A stretch of DNA of 56,815 nt from Ilumatobacteraceae bacterium (lineage in GTDB: Bacteria; Actinomycetota; Acidimicrobiia; Acidimicrobiales; Ilumatobacteraceae), in the NCBI GenBank assembly GCA_009694565.1, contig SHUR01000001.1, positions 1-56,815 on the forward strand, written 5' to 3'. How positions within the stretch are numbered: the stretch's first letter is position 1; each line of letters starts with the position of its first letter. Positions 26,970 through 35,963 of this stretch are shown here, piece by piece. The translations under genes and the position numbers were made by a program. The notes under the pieces were generated by a model. That model worked only from the letters and a program-made list of their open reading frames with translations, was not told the origin of the DNA and searched no databases.

Positions 26970-28796
26970 ATGTACGCAGGAGGACGTGGAGGACGTGGAG
27001 GCGGCGGAGGTGGCGGTGGTGGCCGAGGTATGGACGAGGATCAGAAGCTTGACCGTTCCCAAACGCGTGTGGTGCTCATTCGTAGCTTCCGAATGGCGGG
27101 TGAGTTTCGCAAACAAGCAATCCTGGCATTAGGTCTTGTCATCATCACTGTGCTGTGCACTTTGGCCGGGCCAGTACTAGTGCGTCATGGCATTGATGCT
27201 GGTATTCGTAAAGGTGATCGCAGCGCACTTGATAAGACAGTCATTGCCTACATCGTCGTAGTAATCATCGCTTATGTCGTTGGACGTTGGCAATACGTTG
27301 CACTGAACTCCGCCGGTGAAGGCTTCTTGCGTCTGATTCGAATTCGAGTGTTTTCTCGAATGCAGAAACAATCAATGGCATTCTTTGACCGCGAGAAAGC
27401 TGGAGTACTTGTTGCGCGAATGACTGCCGACATTGAATCGATGGCAGAACTAGTGCAATGGGGCTTGATGCAGTTTCTCTCATCATTCTTGTTGCTGTTC
27501 TTTGCGTTCTTTCTATTGATGAGCTTGTCGTGGCAGCTCACACTGATCTCTCTTATTGTGTTCCCGTTTTTAATTTTGGCGACCATAAAGTTTCAACGTG
27601 ATGCAAACAAGGCGTATCTAGAAGTACGAGACAAAGTCGGAGCGAATCTCTCCGCCCTGCAAGAGGGCATTACTGGTGTTCGGGTAATTCAGGCATATGC
27701 ACGAGAAGACGAGCAGATTCGTCGATTTGAAGAATCAAACAGGGCCCTATATCGCAGCCACATTCACAGCGTGAAAGTCAGTACGTGGTATTTCGGGCTT
27801 ATTGAATTTGCTGGTATTGGTTCGTCTGCGCTCATCGTGGGCGTTGGCGGTTTGTTGGTGCACAACGGAACGGTATCTCTTGGAACTGTTGTGGCATTCG
27901 TACTGCTGCTTGCCAGTTTGTTTGACCCTGTTCAGCAACTGTCGCAGTTATACAACACATTGCAGTCTTCTGCAGCGGCACTGCACAAGTTGTTCGGCAT
28001 TATCGATGCAGTTCCTGATGTTGATGAATCGCCGAACCCCATTTCACTTCCTCCGGCAGGCGATGTGGTGGTTGACAACATCACATTCTCGTATGCAGGC
28101 GCGGTGCAACCGGCCTTGGAAAACGTGTCGCTTACTCTCAAAGCAGGCACACGCCTTGCATTGGTTGGCCCAACTGGTGCCGGAAAATCAACTCTCGCAA
28201 AGTTGATGGCCCGTCTGTACGACGCTCAATCCGGCACAGTCTCATACGGCGGGGTAGACCTACGTCGTGCATCAATGGATGATCTGCGTAATCGCATCGT
28301 TGTTATCCCTCAAGAAGGTTTCTTGTTTGACGGCACTATCCGCGACAACCTCCGTATCGCAAAGCCAGATGCCACAGAAGACGAACTTCTCATTGCGCTT
28401 GACAAAATTGGCCTGCGTGAACGGTTTGAAGCATTGCCAGAAGGTCTTGATACCGAAGTTCGTGAGCGCGGTTCTCGTTTGTCTGCGGGCGAACGTCAGC
28501 TGGTCGCGCTCTCTCGCGCTGCTCTTATCGACCCAGCCGTGTTAGTGCTTGATGAGGCAACTTCAAACCTTGACCCAGGCACAGAGATGCTTGTGGAAGC
28601 TGCGCTTGAAAAACTAATGACCAACCGAAGCGTCATCGTGGTTGCGCATCGTCTGTCAACAGTGCAGCGTGCAGACAAGATTGCTGTTGTGGCTGATGCG
28701 CACATTTCAGAGATAGGCACGCATGATGAGCTGATTGCTCTGAATGGTCATTACGCATTACTTGCATCTACATGGAATAAAACTCAACCCCACTAA
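26970..28796 (+). CDS. ABC exporter, fused permease/ATPase half-transporter with a consensus Walker B and an atypical signature
   Basis: 608 aa. Walker A is GPTGAGKST and Walker B is LVLDEATSNLD (canonical Glu). The signature is LSAGERQ (28479-28493). The N-terminus is a Gly/Arg-rich tail, and an alternative ATG lies at 27030. Confidence 0.9.
   Translation: MYAGGRGGRGGGGGGGGGRGMDEDQKLDRSQTRVVLIRSFRMAGEFRKQAILALGLVIITVLCTLAGPVLVRHGIDAGIRKGDRSALDKTVIAYIVVVIIAYVVGRWQYVALNSAGEGFLRLIRIRVFSRMQKQSMAFFDREKAGVLVARMTADIESMAELVQWGLMQFLSSFLLLFFAFFLLMSLSWQLTLISLIVFPFLILATIKFQRDANKAYLEVRDKVGANLSALQEGITGVRVIQAYAREDEQIRRFEESNRALYRSHIHSVKVSTWYFGLIEFAGIGSSALIVGVGGLLVHNGTVSLGTVVAFVLLLASLFDPVQQLSQLYNTLQSSAAALHKLFGIIDAVPDVDESPNPISLPPAGDVVVDNITFSYAGAVQPALENVSLTLKAGTRLALVGPTGAGKSTLAKLMARLYDAQSGTVSYGGVDLRRASMDDLRNRIVVIPQEGFLFDGTIRDNLRIAKPDATEDELLIALDKIGLRERFEALPEGLDTEVRERGSRLSAGERQLVALSRAALIDPAVLVLDEATSNLDPGTEMLVEAALEKLMTNRSVIVVAHRLSTVQRADKIAVVADAHISEIGTHDELIALNGHYALLASTWNKTQPH
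26979..27029 (+). repeat. Imperfect 9-nt tandem repeat (GGAGGNSGY-like, about 5-6 units) encoding GGRGGRGGGGGGGGGRG
   Basis: Read directly: GGAGGACGT GGAGGACGT GGAGGCGGC GGAGGTGGC GGTGGTGGC CGAGGT. It is in frame at the 5' end of the second ABC gene. Confidence 0.7.
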
Positions 28797-28823
28797 GCGT
28801 TTGGTAGTAATTGCTACGCACTC

Positions 28824-28871
28824 GTACCTCCCGTAATTGAGGTGAAATTACTGTGTTACGGTACTTTTTTA
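28824..28871 (+). terminator. Candidate intrinsic terminator after the ABC exporter pair
   Basis: GTACC(28824-28828)...GGTAC(28860-28864) and CGTAA/TTACG pair with an internal bulge and are followed by TTTTTT (28865-28870). The stem is imperfect and alternative AT-rich foldings exist. Confidence 0.4.
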
Positions 28872-28905
28872 TTCCAGGTTTAAAAATTAATTCGAAGGAA
28901 ACAAC

Positions 28906-29274
28906 ATGTCACAAGATGAAAAAGAAGTGAAGAGAGTCGTAACTCTCTATATCGATGGTGCTGGCAATGGAAATGCCGAGCAAATGAATGAGGCATTCCA
29001 CAGCAGCGCACGCTGGTTTGGCACGATGGATGGTGTTGATTACGACATGGACAAAGAAGGCTTTGTTGCATACATGGTTGAGACGCCAGGTCTTCCTTCG
29101 AAGGCAGAGATCGTCGATGTTCAGATCGATGGCACAGCTGCACGAGTAACTGTCAAAGAAGAAGGATTCTGGGGTGGTATCTCATTCACCAACTTCTTCA
29201 ATTTGTCAATACTTGACGGCCGTTGGCAGATTACAAATAAGACTTTTGCCGCCACCGGCGGTGGACACGCTTAG
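28906..29274 (+). CDS. NTF2-like / SnoaL-like fold protein (putative lumazine-binding family)
   Basis: 122 aa. KRVVTLYIDGAGNGNAEQMNEAFH...ARW and the C-terminal DGRWQITNKTF are typical of the small NTF2-like family. The RBS AAGGAA lies upstream. Confidence 0.65.
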   Translation: MSQDEKEVKRVVTLYIDGAGNGNAEQMNEAFHSSARWFGTMDGVDYDMDKEGFVAYMVETPGLPSKAEIVDVQIDGTAARVTVKEEGFWGGISFTNFFNLSILDGRWQITNKTFAATGGGHA

Positions 29275-29294
29275 ATTCGGTTGCAGTTCACTAG

Positions 29295-30377
29295 CTATGA
29301 ATGCTGTGAAGTGAGACGGCGAAAAGTTTCAATTTCTTCGACATCGTAAGGTGATCCATCTCGATGAAGTAGTTCGTGAAACCACGGCTCTTCGTCTGTG
29401 ACTGGTTCGGTCCAAGAGCGCCACGGAAAACGAGTCTGGGTCCTGCCATCAACAAACCCCCAGTTGATGGCGCCCACGCCATGTTCAGCAAAAACTTCTA
29501 AGAGGTCAACAGTTGAACCAGCGGTGCGGGCCAACCATTCTGTGCAGAGGAGTGGTCGACCAAATGTCTTGAGCGATTCAATGACTGCGGTGAGTATTTC
29601 ACGAGGTTCATAACAGTGAAACGAAATGATGTCACTTCGATTGAGAATTAGTTCATTCAAGGAGTTTTCTGCTGGTTTCCAGTGTGAGTTGTACTCCCAT
29701 ATCCCGACTGTCAATGGTTGTGATGGGGATATTTCTCGTGCCCAATCGAACACCTGCGATACCAATTCAGTGGCTGTCCTTATTTTTTCATCACGAGAGC
29801 CCAGTTTCAAAGTGACTGTGTCGACCTGGTCCGGTTCATTGAATAGATCCCATGCGATAACGCGTGAATCATTGTTGAATCTTCTGATGACTTTTTGCAC
29901 ATAATCCTGCAGCTCGAGCCATCGAGAACGGTCATAGAAGATTTCAGAACCAGGACTTTGTACCCACATGGAATTGTGAAGCCGTGGTGAGGGTTCTCGC
30001 TGGACGCCAAGTCGCGGTTTCGGATTCCATACTCCGTCGAAAAGTACGGGGATAACTCCTATTCCGTGTGAATGCGCGACTGAGAGGACAGTTTCCATGC
30101 GGGCAAGAAAATTCTCTGCTGATTCGGTAAACAAAAGATCGTGGAGATACAAACGAATTGTGTTCATACCGACATCTGCGGCCCATCCCAATTCTTGACT
30201 GATGGTTGCAATGTCGAATGTCTGTTGCTGCCACATCTCCAGTTGATTACCGGCAGTGGACGGACTAAAATTACATCCAACTCTCCAGCCAGCATGACTG
30301 CTCCAGACATTGGCCCGTTCAATAGTCCACGTGTCACTTGTCATGGACATATCTAATCGTGCAGGGGAGAGGCTCAA
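29295..30377 (-). CDS. Glycoside hydrolase family 5-like (cellulase/xylanase superfamily), no signal peptide
   Basis: 360 aa. GCNFSPSTAGNQLEMW, the acid/base motif AWDLFNEPD and a candidate nucleophile in LLCTEWLAR are present. The start is uncertain: TTG 30377, or ATG 30350 or 30344. It begins 12 nt after the metH stop. Confidence 0.6.
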   Translation of the reverse strand: MSLSPARLDMSMTSDTWTIERANVWSSHAGWRVGCNFSPSTAGNQLEMWQQQTFDIATISQELGWAADVGMNTIRLYLHDLLFTESAENFLARMETVLSVAHSHGIGVIPVLFDGVWNPKPRLGVQREPSPRLHNSMWVQSPGSEIFYDRSRWLELQDYVQKVIRRFNNDSRVIAWDLFNEPDQVDTVTLKLGSRDEKIRTATELVSQVFDWAREISPSQPLTVGIWEYNSHWKPAENSLNELILNRSDIISFHCYEPREILTAVIESLKTFGRPLLCTEWLARTAGSTVDLLEVFAEHGVGAINWGFVDGRTQTRFPWRSWTEPVTDEEPWFHELLHRDGSPYDVEEIETFRRLTSQHS

Positions 30378-30389
30378 CGAGCCGCACGG

Positions 30390-33300
30390 TTAGTCGCGAG
30401 CGACGAAGTACTTTGACTTTGGGTGATGACAGATAATCGCTGATGTGGATTGTTCTGGTTGATATTGCCAGCCGGTGTCTTCACCAACTTCGATACCGAT
30501 ACGGCCAGCCTCAAGAAGTTCGGCGACGCGAGCGTTGTCTTCAAGGTCTGGACATGCGGGGTATCCCCAGCTGTAACGACCACCGCGGTACTGCTGACGA
30601 AACAGGCCGGCAACCGACGGACCATCTTCGTTTACGAAGCCCCACTCGGTACGAATGCGGTGGTGCCAGTACTCAGCAAGTGCTTCTGCCATTTCGACGC
30701 CGATGCCGTGAAGTTCGAGGTAATCCTGGTACTTATTGGCTGCAAATAGTACGGCTGCTGCTTCGCTGATTGGGTGACCCATGGTGACAATGTGGAACGC
30801 TGCGTAATCAGGCTCGCCACTTTCAACAGACCGAAAGAAGTCGGCGATGCACATGAATGGTGCAACTTTTTGGCGCGGGTAGTTAAAGCGAGTGCGTTCA
30901 ACGGTGCGTGTGTCATCTGTGAAGACGACTAGGTCGTTACCGTCGCTGTTGACAGGGAAGTATCCGTACACCAGTTGTGGAACTAGGACACCACTGGCTT
31001 TTGCATTGCTGAGTTGTGCGCGCAAGATGGGGCGGATGCGATCTTTGAAATCAATGTCTGATTCACCCTCGTTCGGGCGGTACTGCCATTGGTTGCGGAA
31101 CAGGGCAGTTTCGTTGATGTATTCAGCGATCTCGTCAAGACCGATGCCCTTAACGACTTTTGAGCCAAGGAATGGCGGAACAAAGACTGTGTTATCTGTT
31201 TCAACTTCTGGAGAGCGATGAGGAATAGAGGCGGGATCAACCTCAACCTTTTCACGTCGTGGAATGACACGTTCGCCAAGCTTGCGACCAAAGTCTGGGT
31301 CATCAACGCCTGACTTTTTGATTGCCATAAGGGTGTCGAGAGTTGCGAGGCCCTCGAAGGCATCTTTGCCGTACAGAACACGGCCGTCATAAATTTTGCG
31401 CAGGTCTTGTTCTACGTAACTACGGGTAAGCGCTGCACCACCAAGAAGAATTGGAATATCACTGAGGCCTTGTGCATTGAGTTCGAGCAAGTTGTCACGC
31501 ATGATGATGGTGCTCTTCACGAGCAGTCCGCTCATACCGAGCGCGTCAGCGCCGACTTCTTTCACCTTGGTGATCATTTCCGAAATACTGATTTTGATTC
31601 CAATGTTGTGCACTTCATAACCATTGTTGGTGCAGATGATGTCCACTAGGTTTTTACCGATGTCGTGAACGTCACCCTTTACGGTGGCCAATACCAGCTT
31701 GCCTTTTGCGCTGCTCTCACCAGTCTTTGCCATATGAGGTTCAAGATAAGCAACTGCGGTCTTCATGGTTTCTGCGCTTTGCAAAACGAACGGCAATTGC
31801 ATACGGCCAGAGCCAAAGAGTTCTCCCACTTCGCGCATACCATCAAGAAGAATTTCGTTGATGATGTCAAGCGGTGCAATACCATCTGACATTGCACGTT
31901 CAAGATCGTCAGTAAGCCCTTCGCGGTCGCCATCGATAATGCGTTGACGCAAGATTTGTTCAATGGTCCAGTCAGTGCGGTCTTCTTTGACGGCGTCGAT
32001 TGTTGACACGTCAGCGAAAATCTCGAGCAACTTCGTGAGCGGGTCGTAGCCAGGTGAACGGCGATCGAAAATGAGGTCTTGGCAGACAGTGATCTGTTCA
32101 TCAGGAATACGTACAAGCGGCAAAATCTTTGACGCGTGCACGATTGCTGAATCGAGGCCTACTTGGCGGGCTTCATGTAAGAACACACTGTTCAACACCT
32201 GGCGTGTCGATGGGCTAAGTCCAAAACTGACGTTTGAAAGACCAAGAGTGGTGAACGCACCAGGAATCTCTTCCTTGATGCGACGAATAGCCTCAAGGGT
32301 GGCAATGCCGTCTTTGCGCAAGTCTTCGTCGCCAGTGCCAATAGGGAATGTGAGTGCGTCGAAAATGAGGTCGCTTGCTGAAAGGCCATACCGTTCGGAG
32401 GCGATTGTGTGAATGCGATGAGCAACTTCCATCTTCCATTCAACGTCGCGTGCCTGACCGCGTTCGTCAATCAACAAACAGATAACAGCTGCGCCGTAAT
32501 CACGAGCAAGCGAGAACACGCGATCGAGACGACTGCCAGGTGCCTCGCCATCTTCAAGGTTGGCTGAGTTCAAAATGCTGCGGCCACCCGTATGCAATAG
32601 GCCGGCTTCCATAACTTCTGGCTCAGTTGAGTCAAGAACAAGCGGAACGCTTGCTTGGCTGGCGAAACGTGATGCAATTTCATTCATGTCAACGGCGCCA
32701 TCGTGGCCGACATAGTCAACGCATACGTCAAGCACGTGAGAGCCTTCGCGGATTTGCTCAGTTGCCATTTTGACGCAGGAGTCCCAGTCTTCGCGCAACA
32801 TTGCGTCGCGGAATGCTCTCGAACCGTTTGCGTTGGTGCGCTCACCAATGATGAGGAAACTGTTGTCCTGTTCCAGCGTGACAGGGGAGTACAACGATGA
32901 CACGCTTGGTTCGAATTCTGGTATGCGCACTTTCGGGGTGACGCCGCGAACAGCCTGTACTACTTGGCGTAAATGTTCTGGCGTTGTGCCGCAGCATCCG
33001 CCCACAATGCTGATACCCAATTTGCTGACATGTTGCAAATGAAATTCTGCAAGTTGTTCTGGAGTGAGGTCGTAATGAGTTCTTCCATCAACAACACTTG
33101 GTAATCCGGCGTTTGGCAGCACGCTGATAGGGATCAGGGAATGCTCGCTGAGGTAACGCAAGTGTTCCTGCATTTCAGATGGCCCGGTTGCGCAGTTGAT
33201 GCCGATGACGTCGGGCTTCATTGCCTGCAGTGACGCATACGCGGCACCGATTTCGGTTCCGACCAACATGCGGCCCGTTGTTTCCATGGTGACTTGCACT

Positions 33301-33869
33301 TGAATCGGAACTTCGCGGCCAACAATCTTCATTGCACGACGGCAGGCCTGCATTGCGGCCTTGATTTGCAACAAGTCCATGCATGTCTCGATGAGAAAGA
33401 GATCCGAGCCGCCATCAAGAAGACCGCGAGCTTGTTCTTCATAGGAATCACGCAAGGTGGCGAAATCAATATGCCCAAGGCTTGGCAACTTTGTGCCTGG
33501 CCCAATGCTTCCTGCCACGTAGCGAGGGCGGCCATCTACTTCGTACGTGTCGGCAACACGGCGAGCAATTGCTGCAGCAGCCACATTGAGTTCGTATGCC
33601 TTTTCAGGAATGTTGTATTCCACGAGCACGGTGGAGAAACTTCCGAAGCTGGCGGTTTCAATAACATCGACGCCCACGTCAAGGAATGCGCGGTGCATGG
33701 ATTCAATGACATCAGGGCGGGTAAGGCACAGCATTTCATTGCAGCCCTCGAGCGATTCTCCGCCAAAGTCAGCTGGGCCGAGGTCGAGATCTTGGACGAA
33801 AGTTCCGAAGGCGCCATCGAAAACGATGACTCTGTCGCGGACTGCATCGAGGTAGGGCTGGCGATTCAT
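30390..33869 (-). CDS. metH: Cobalamin-dependent methionine synthase
   Basis: 1159 aa with all four modules in order. The Hcy-binding module has GGCCGTTPEH. The pterin-binding module follows. The B12-binding module has GDVHDIGKNLV. An AdoMet reactivation domain closes the protein. Confidence 0.95.
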   Translation of the reverse strand: MNRQPYLDAVRDRVIVFDGAFGTFVQDLDLGPADFGGESLEGCNEMLCLTRPDVIESMHRAFLDVGVDVIETASFGSFSTVLVEYNIPEKAYELNVAAAAIARRVADTYEVDGRPRYVAGSIGPGTKLPSLGHIDFATLRDSYEEQARGLLDGGSDLFLIETCMDLLQIKAAMQACRRAMKIVGREVPIQVQVTMETTGRMLVGTEIGAAYASLQAMKPDVIGINCATGPSEMQEHLRYLSEHSLIPISVLPNAGLPSVVDGRTHYDLTPEQLAEFHLQHVSKLGISIVGGCCGTTPEHLRQVVQAVRGVTPKVRIPEFEPSVSSLYSPVTLEQDNSFLIIGERTNANGSRAFRDAMLREDWDSCVKMATEQIREGSHVLDVCVDYVGHDGAVDMNEIASRFASQASVPLVLDSTEPEVMEAGLLHTGGRSILNSANLEDGEAPGSRLDRVFSLARDYGAAVICLLIDERGQARDVEWKMEVAHRIHTIASERYGLSASDLIFDALTFPIGTGDEDLRKDGIATLEAIRRIKEEIPGAFTTLGLSNVSFGLSPSTRQVLNSVFLHEARQVGLDSAIVHASKILPLVRIPDEQITVCQDLIFDRRSPGYDPLTKLLEIFADVSTIDAVKEDRTDWTIEQILRQRIIDGDREGLTDDLERAMSDGIAPLDIINEILLDGMREVGELFGSGRMQLPFVLQSAETMKTAVAYLEPHMAKTGESSAKGKLVLATVKGDVHDIGKNLVDIICTNNGYEVHNIGIKISISEMITKVKEVGADALGMSGLLVKSTIIMRDNLLELNAQGLSDIPILLGGAALTRSYVEQDLRKIYDGRVLYGKDAFEGLATLDTLMAIKKSGVDDPDFGRKLGERVIPRREKVEVDPASIPHRSPEVETDNTVFVPPFLGSKVVKGIGLDEIAEYINETALFRNQWQYRPNEGESDIDFKDRIRPILRAQLSNAKASGVLVPQLVYGYFPVNSDGNDLVVFTDDTRTVERTRFNYPRQKVAPFMCIADFFRSVESGEPDYAAFHIVTMGHPISEAAAVLFAANKYQDYLELHGIGVEMAEALAEYWHHRIRTEWGFVNEDGPSVAGLFRQQYRGGRYSWGYPACPDLEDNARVAELLEAGRIGIEVGEDTGWQYQPEQSTSAIICHHPKSKYFVARD

Positions 33870-33904
33870 GACTCCTTCACGATACTTGCCATAGAGTCAA
33901 TGGA

Positions 33905-34450
33905 ATGGCTCGTATAAAGATCTACACCCGAGAAGGCGACGACGGCACGACCGGACTCTTTTACGGAGGCCGAGTGCCAAAGGATAGTGAGTTGCCTCGC
34001 GCCTATGGTGCCGTTGATGAAGCACAAGCCGTCATTGGGCTTGTGCGTACAGCGGCTGGTCATGGTTCTGAGGTTGATGACATCGTGGTGCCGATGATGA
34101 AAGACCTGTATGTGTTGATGGCCGAATTGGCCACATTGCCTGAAAACCGCCACAAGTTAAAGCCAGGTGTCAGTTGTGTCACACCTGAGATGGTGGATCG
34201 TCTGGAACAGATCATCGACGACCTTGATACGAAGTTTGAACCGCTGACCGAATTTGTTGTGCCCGGAGAACATCCAGTATCTGCATGGCTCGACTTTGCT
34301 CGTACCACTGTGCGCCGTGCCGAGCGTCAGGCGTTTGCTGCAGCCCCGCCGCCAAGTTATGTCGTGCCGTATCTCAACAGGTTGTCTGACTTGTTGTGGA
34401 CCATGGCACGTTGGCAAGAGGGCACCTCGCGCCCTGTAAAGAGCCTGTAG
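33905..34450 (+). CDS. ATP:cob(I)alamin adenosyltransferase, PduO type
   Basis: 181 aa. IYTREGDDGTTGL at the N-terminus and the helical-bundle length are typical of PduO/MMAB-type adenosyltransferases. Confidence 0.85.
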   Translation: MARIKIYTREGDDGTTGLFYGGRVPKDSELPRAYGAVDEAQAVIGLVRTAAGHGSEVDDIVVPMMKDLYVLMAELATLPENRHKLKPGVSCVTPEMVDRLEQIIDDLDTKFEPLTEFVVPGEHPVSAWLDFARTTVRRAERQAFAAAPPPSYVVPYLNRLSDLLWTMARWQEGTSRPVKSL

Positions 34451-34496
34451 CTACTTCGGCGAAGGCGCAGTGAGCGCCGCCACATAGAGTGGGGCC

Positions 34497-35963
34497 ATGC
34501 GTACTGCTTTTTCTGTTTCAAAGTCCGTTCCTACCAAAGTGGCAGCCATCGTTATTCCGGTCGCTGCTTCTGGTCCTATTCCAAGTGGTGTCGGCCTCAG
34601 TCGTGCGCAATTAGCTGCCCTAGGGTTTGAAGGAAAGACATCACAAACGCATACGTTGACTGCTGCTTCTGGAAAATCTGCAGTGCGTGTACTGGTGGGC
34701 ATTGGCGATGTGCGTGACCTCAACACCAGTGTGTTACGCAATGTGGCAGCGTCTGCTGCTCGCGCCTCTTCACGATACGAATCAATTGCCACCACGTTGC
34801 CAGGCGTTATTCGCGGAAGCGCGAAAACATCGACGCAAGCAGTTGTTGAAGGGATTGCTCTTGCACTTCATCGCTGGGTCGCATTGAAAAACGACAAGTC
34901 TGGATTAGTAAAGTTGACATCTGTCACTTTGGTATCTGCTGAAAAAACTGCTGACGTTCAAGCGGGCATGTTGATGGGAATTGCTACGTCAACTGCAGTC
35001 TGCACCGCACGCGACTTTGCTAACACTCCGCCGTCACACCTGACAGCCAGTCAATTTGCAGAGCATGCTGTGGCAATTGCCAACGCTTCTGGATTAGAAG
35101 CCACCGTGTACAACCGTGATCAACTCATCGCAATGGGTTGCGGCGGACTCGTTGGCGTCAATGCCGGCAGCACAGAGCCACCTCGCATGGTGAAGTTGGT
35201 CTACACACCAACATCAGCAAAAGGAAAAGTGGTCCTGGTTGGCAAAGGCGTCATGTACGACTCCGGCGGTATCTCGCTGAAGCCAACCAACGAAAGCCAT
35301 GCTGCAATGAAGATGGACATGAGTGGAGCTGCTGCTGTGCTGTCCACAATGGGTGCTTTGCGAGCTATGAAAGTAAAGACTCAAGTGACTGCGTACTTGA
35401 TGTGCACAGACAACATGCCAAGTGGAAGCGCATTGAAGTTGGGTGATGTGCTCACCATGCGTAATGGCAAGACTGTCGAAATTCACAACACAGACGCCGA
35501 GGGTCGACTTATTCTCGCTGACGGTTTGTCGTTGGGTGCAGAATCAAAACCTGACGCCATGATTGATATTGCAACTCTTACGGGTGCGTGCCTTGCTGCT
35601 CTTGGAAAGAGAATGGCCGGTGTATTGGGAAATAACGCAGGTGTTATTGATCAATTGAAGGCATCAAGCACGCGTACTGACGAGCTGTTATGGGAATTGC
35701 CGTTGTTTGCTGATTACCGCAGAACACTCGACTCCAACGTGGCAGACATGCGAAATGTTGGTGGGCCACTTGCAGGTGCAACAATTGCAGCTTTGTTCCT
35801 CAGTGAGTTTGTCGGCTCAACTCCATGGGCTCACCTTGACATTGCAGGCCCAATGGATGCCGACAGCGACAATGGTTGGTTGAACCGTGGGGCAACTGCG
35901 TACGGCACCCGACTTCTTATTGACTTCTGTGCCAACTTCACAAAGCCACCAAAAAAGAAGTAA
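34497..35963 (+). CDS. pepA: Leucyl aminopeptidase (M17)
   Basis: 488 aa. It has VGKGVMYDSGGISLKP, the M17 signature NTDAEGRLILAD, and DIATLTGA. Confidence 0.9.
   Translation: MRTAFSVSKSVPTKVAAIVIPVAASGPIPSGVGLSRAQLAALGFEGKTSQTHTLTAASGKSAVRVLVGIGDVRDLNTSVLRNVAASAARASSRYESIATTLPGVIRGSAKTSTQAVVEGIALALHRWVALKNDKSGLVKLTSVTLVSAEKTADVQAGMLMGIATSTAVCTARDFANTPPSHLTASQFAEHAVAIANASGLEATVYNRDQLIAMGCGGLVGVNAGSTEPPRMVKLVYTPTSAKGKVVLVGKGVMYDSGGISLKPTNESHAAMKMDMSGAAAVLSTMGALRAMKVKTQVTAYLMCTDNMPSGSALKLGDVLTMRNGKTVEIHNTDAEGRLILADGLSLGAESKPDAMIDIATLTGACLAALGKRMAGVLGNNAGVIDQLKASSTRTDELLWELPLFADYRRTLDSNVADMRNVGGPLAGATIAALFLSEFVGSTPWAHLDIAGPMDADSDNGWLNRGATAYGTRLLIDFCANFTKPPKKK

Noticed and set aside
33870-33904. 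Possible cobalamin riboswitch upstream of metH
   Set aside because: Only 35 nt separate the divergent metH and adenosyltransferase starts. A cobalamin riboswitch needs well over 100 nt.
33294-33917. 207-aa plus-strand ORF overlapping the 5' part of metH and the start of the adenosyltransferase gene
   Set aside because: It is antisense to the unambiguous MetH Hcy-binding domain and would overlap two well-supported genes. It shows no motifs.
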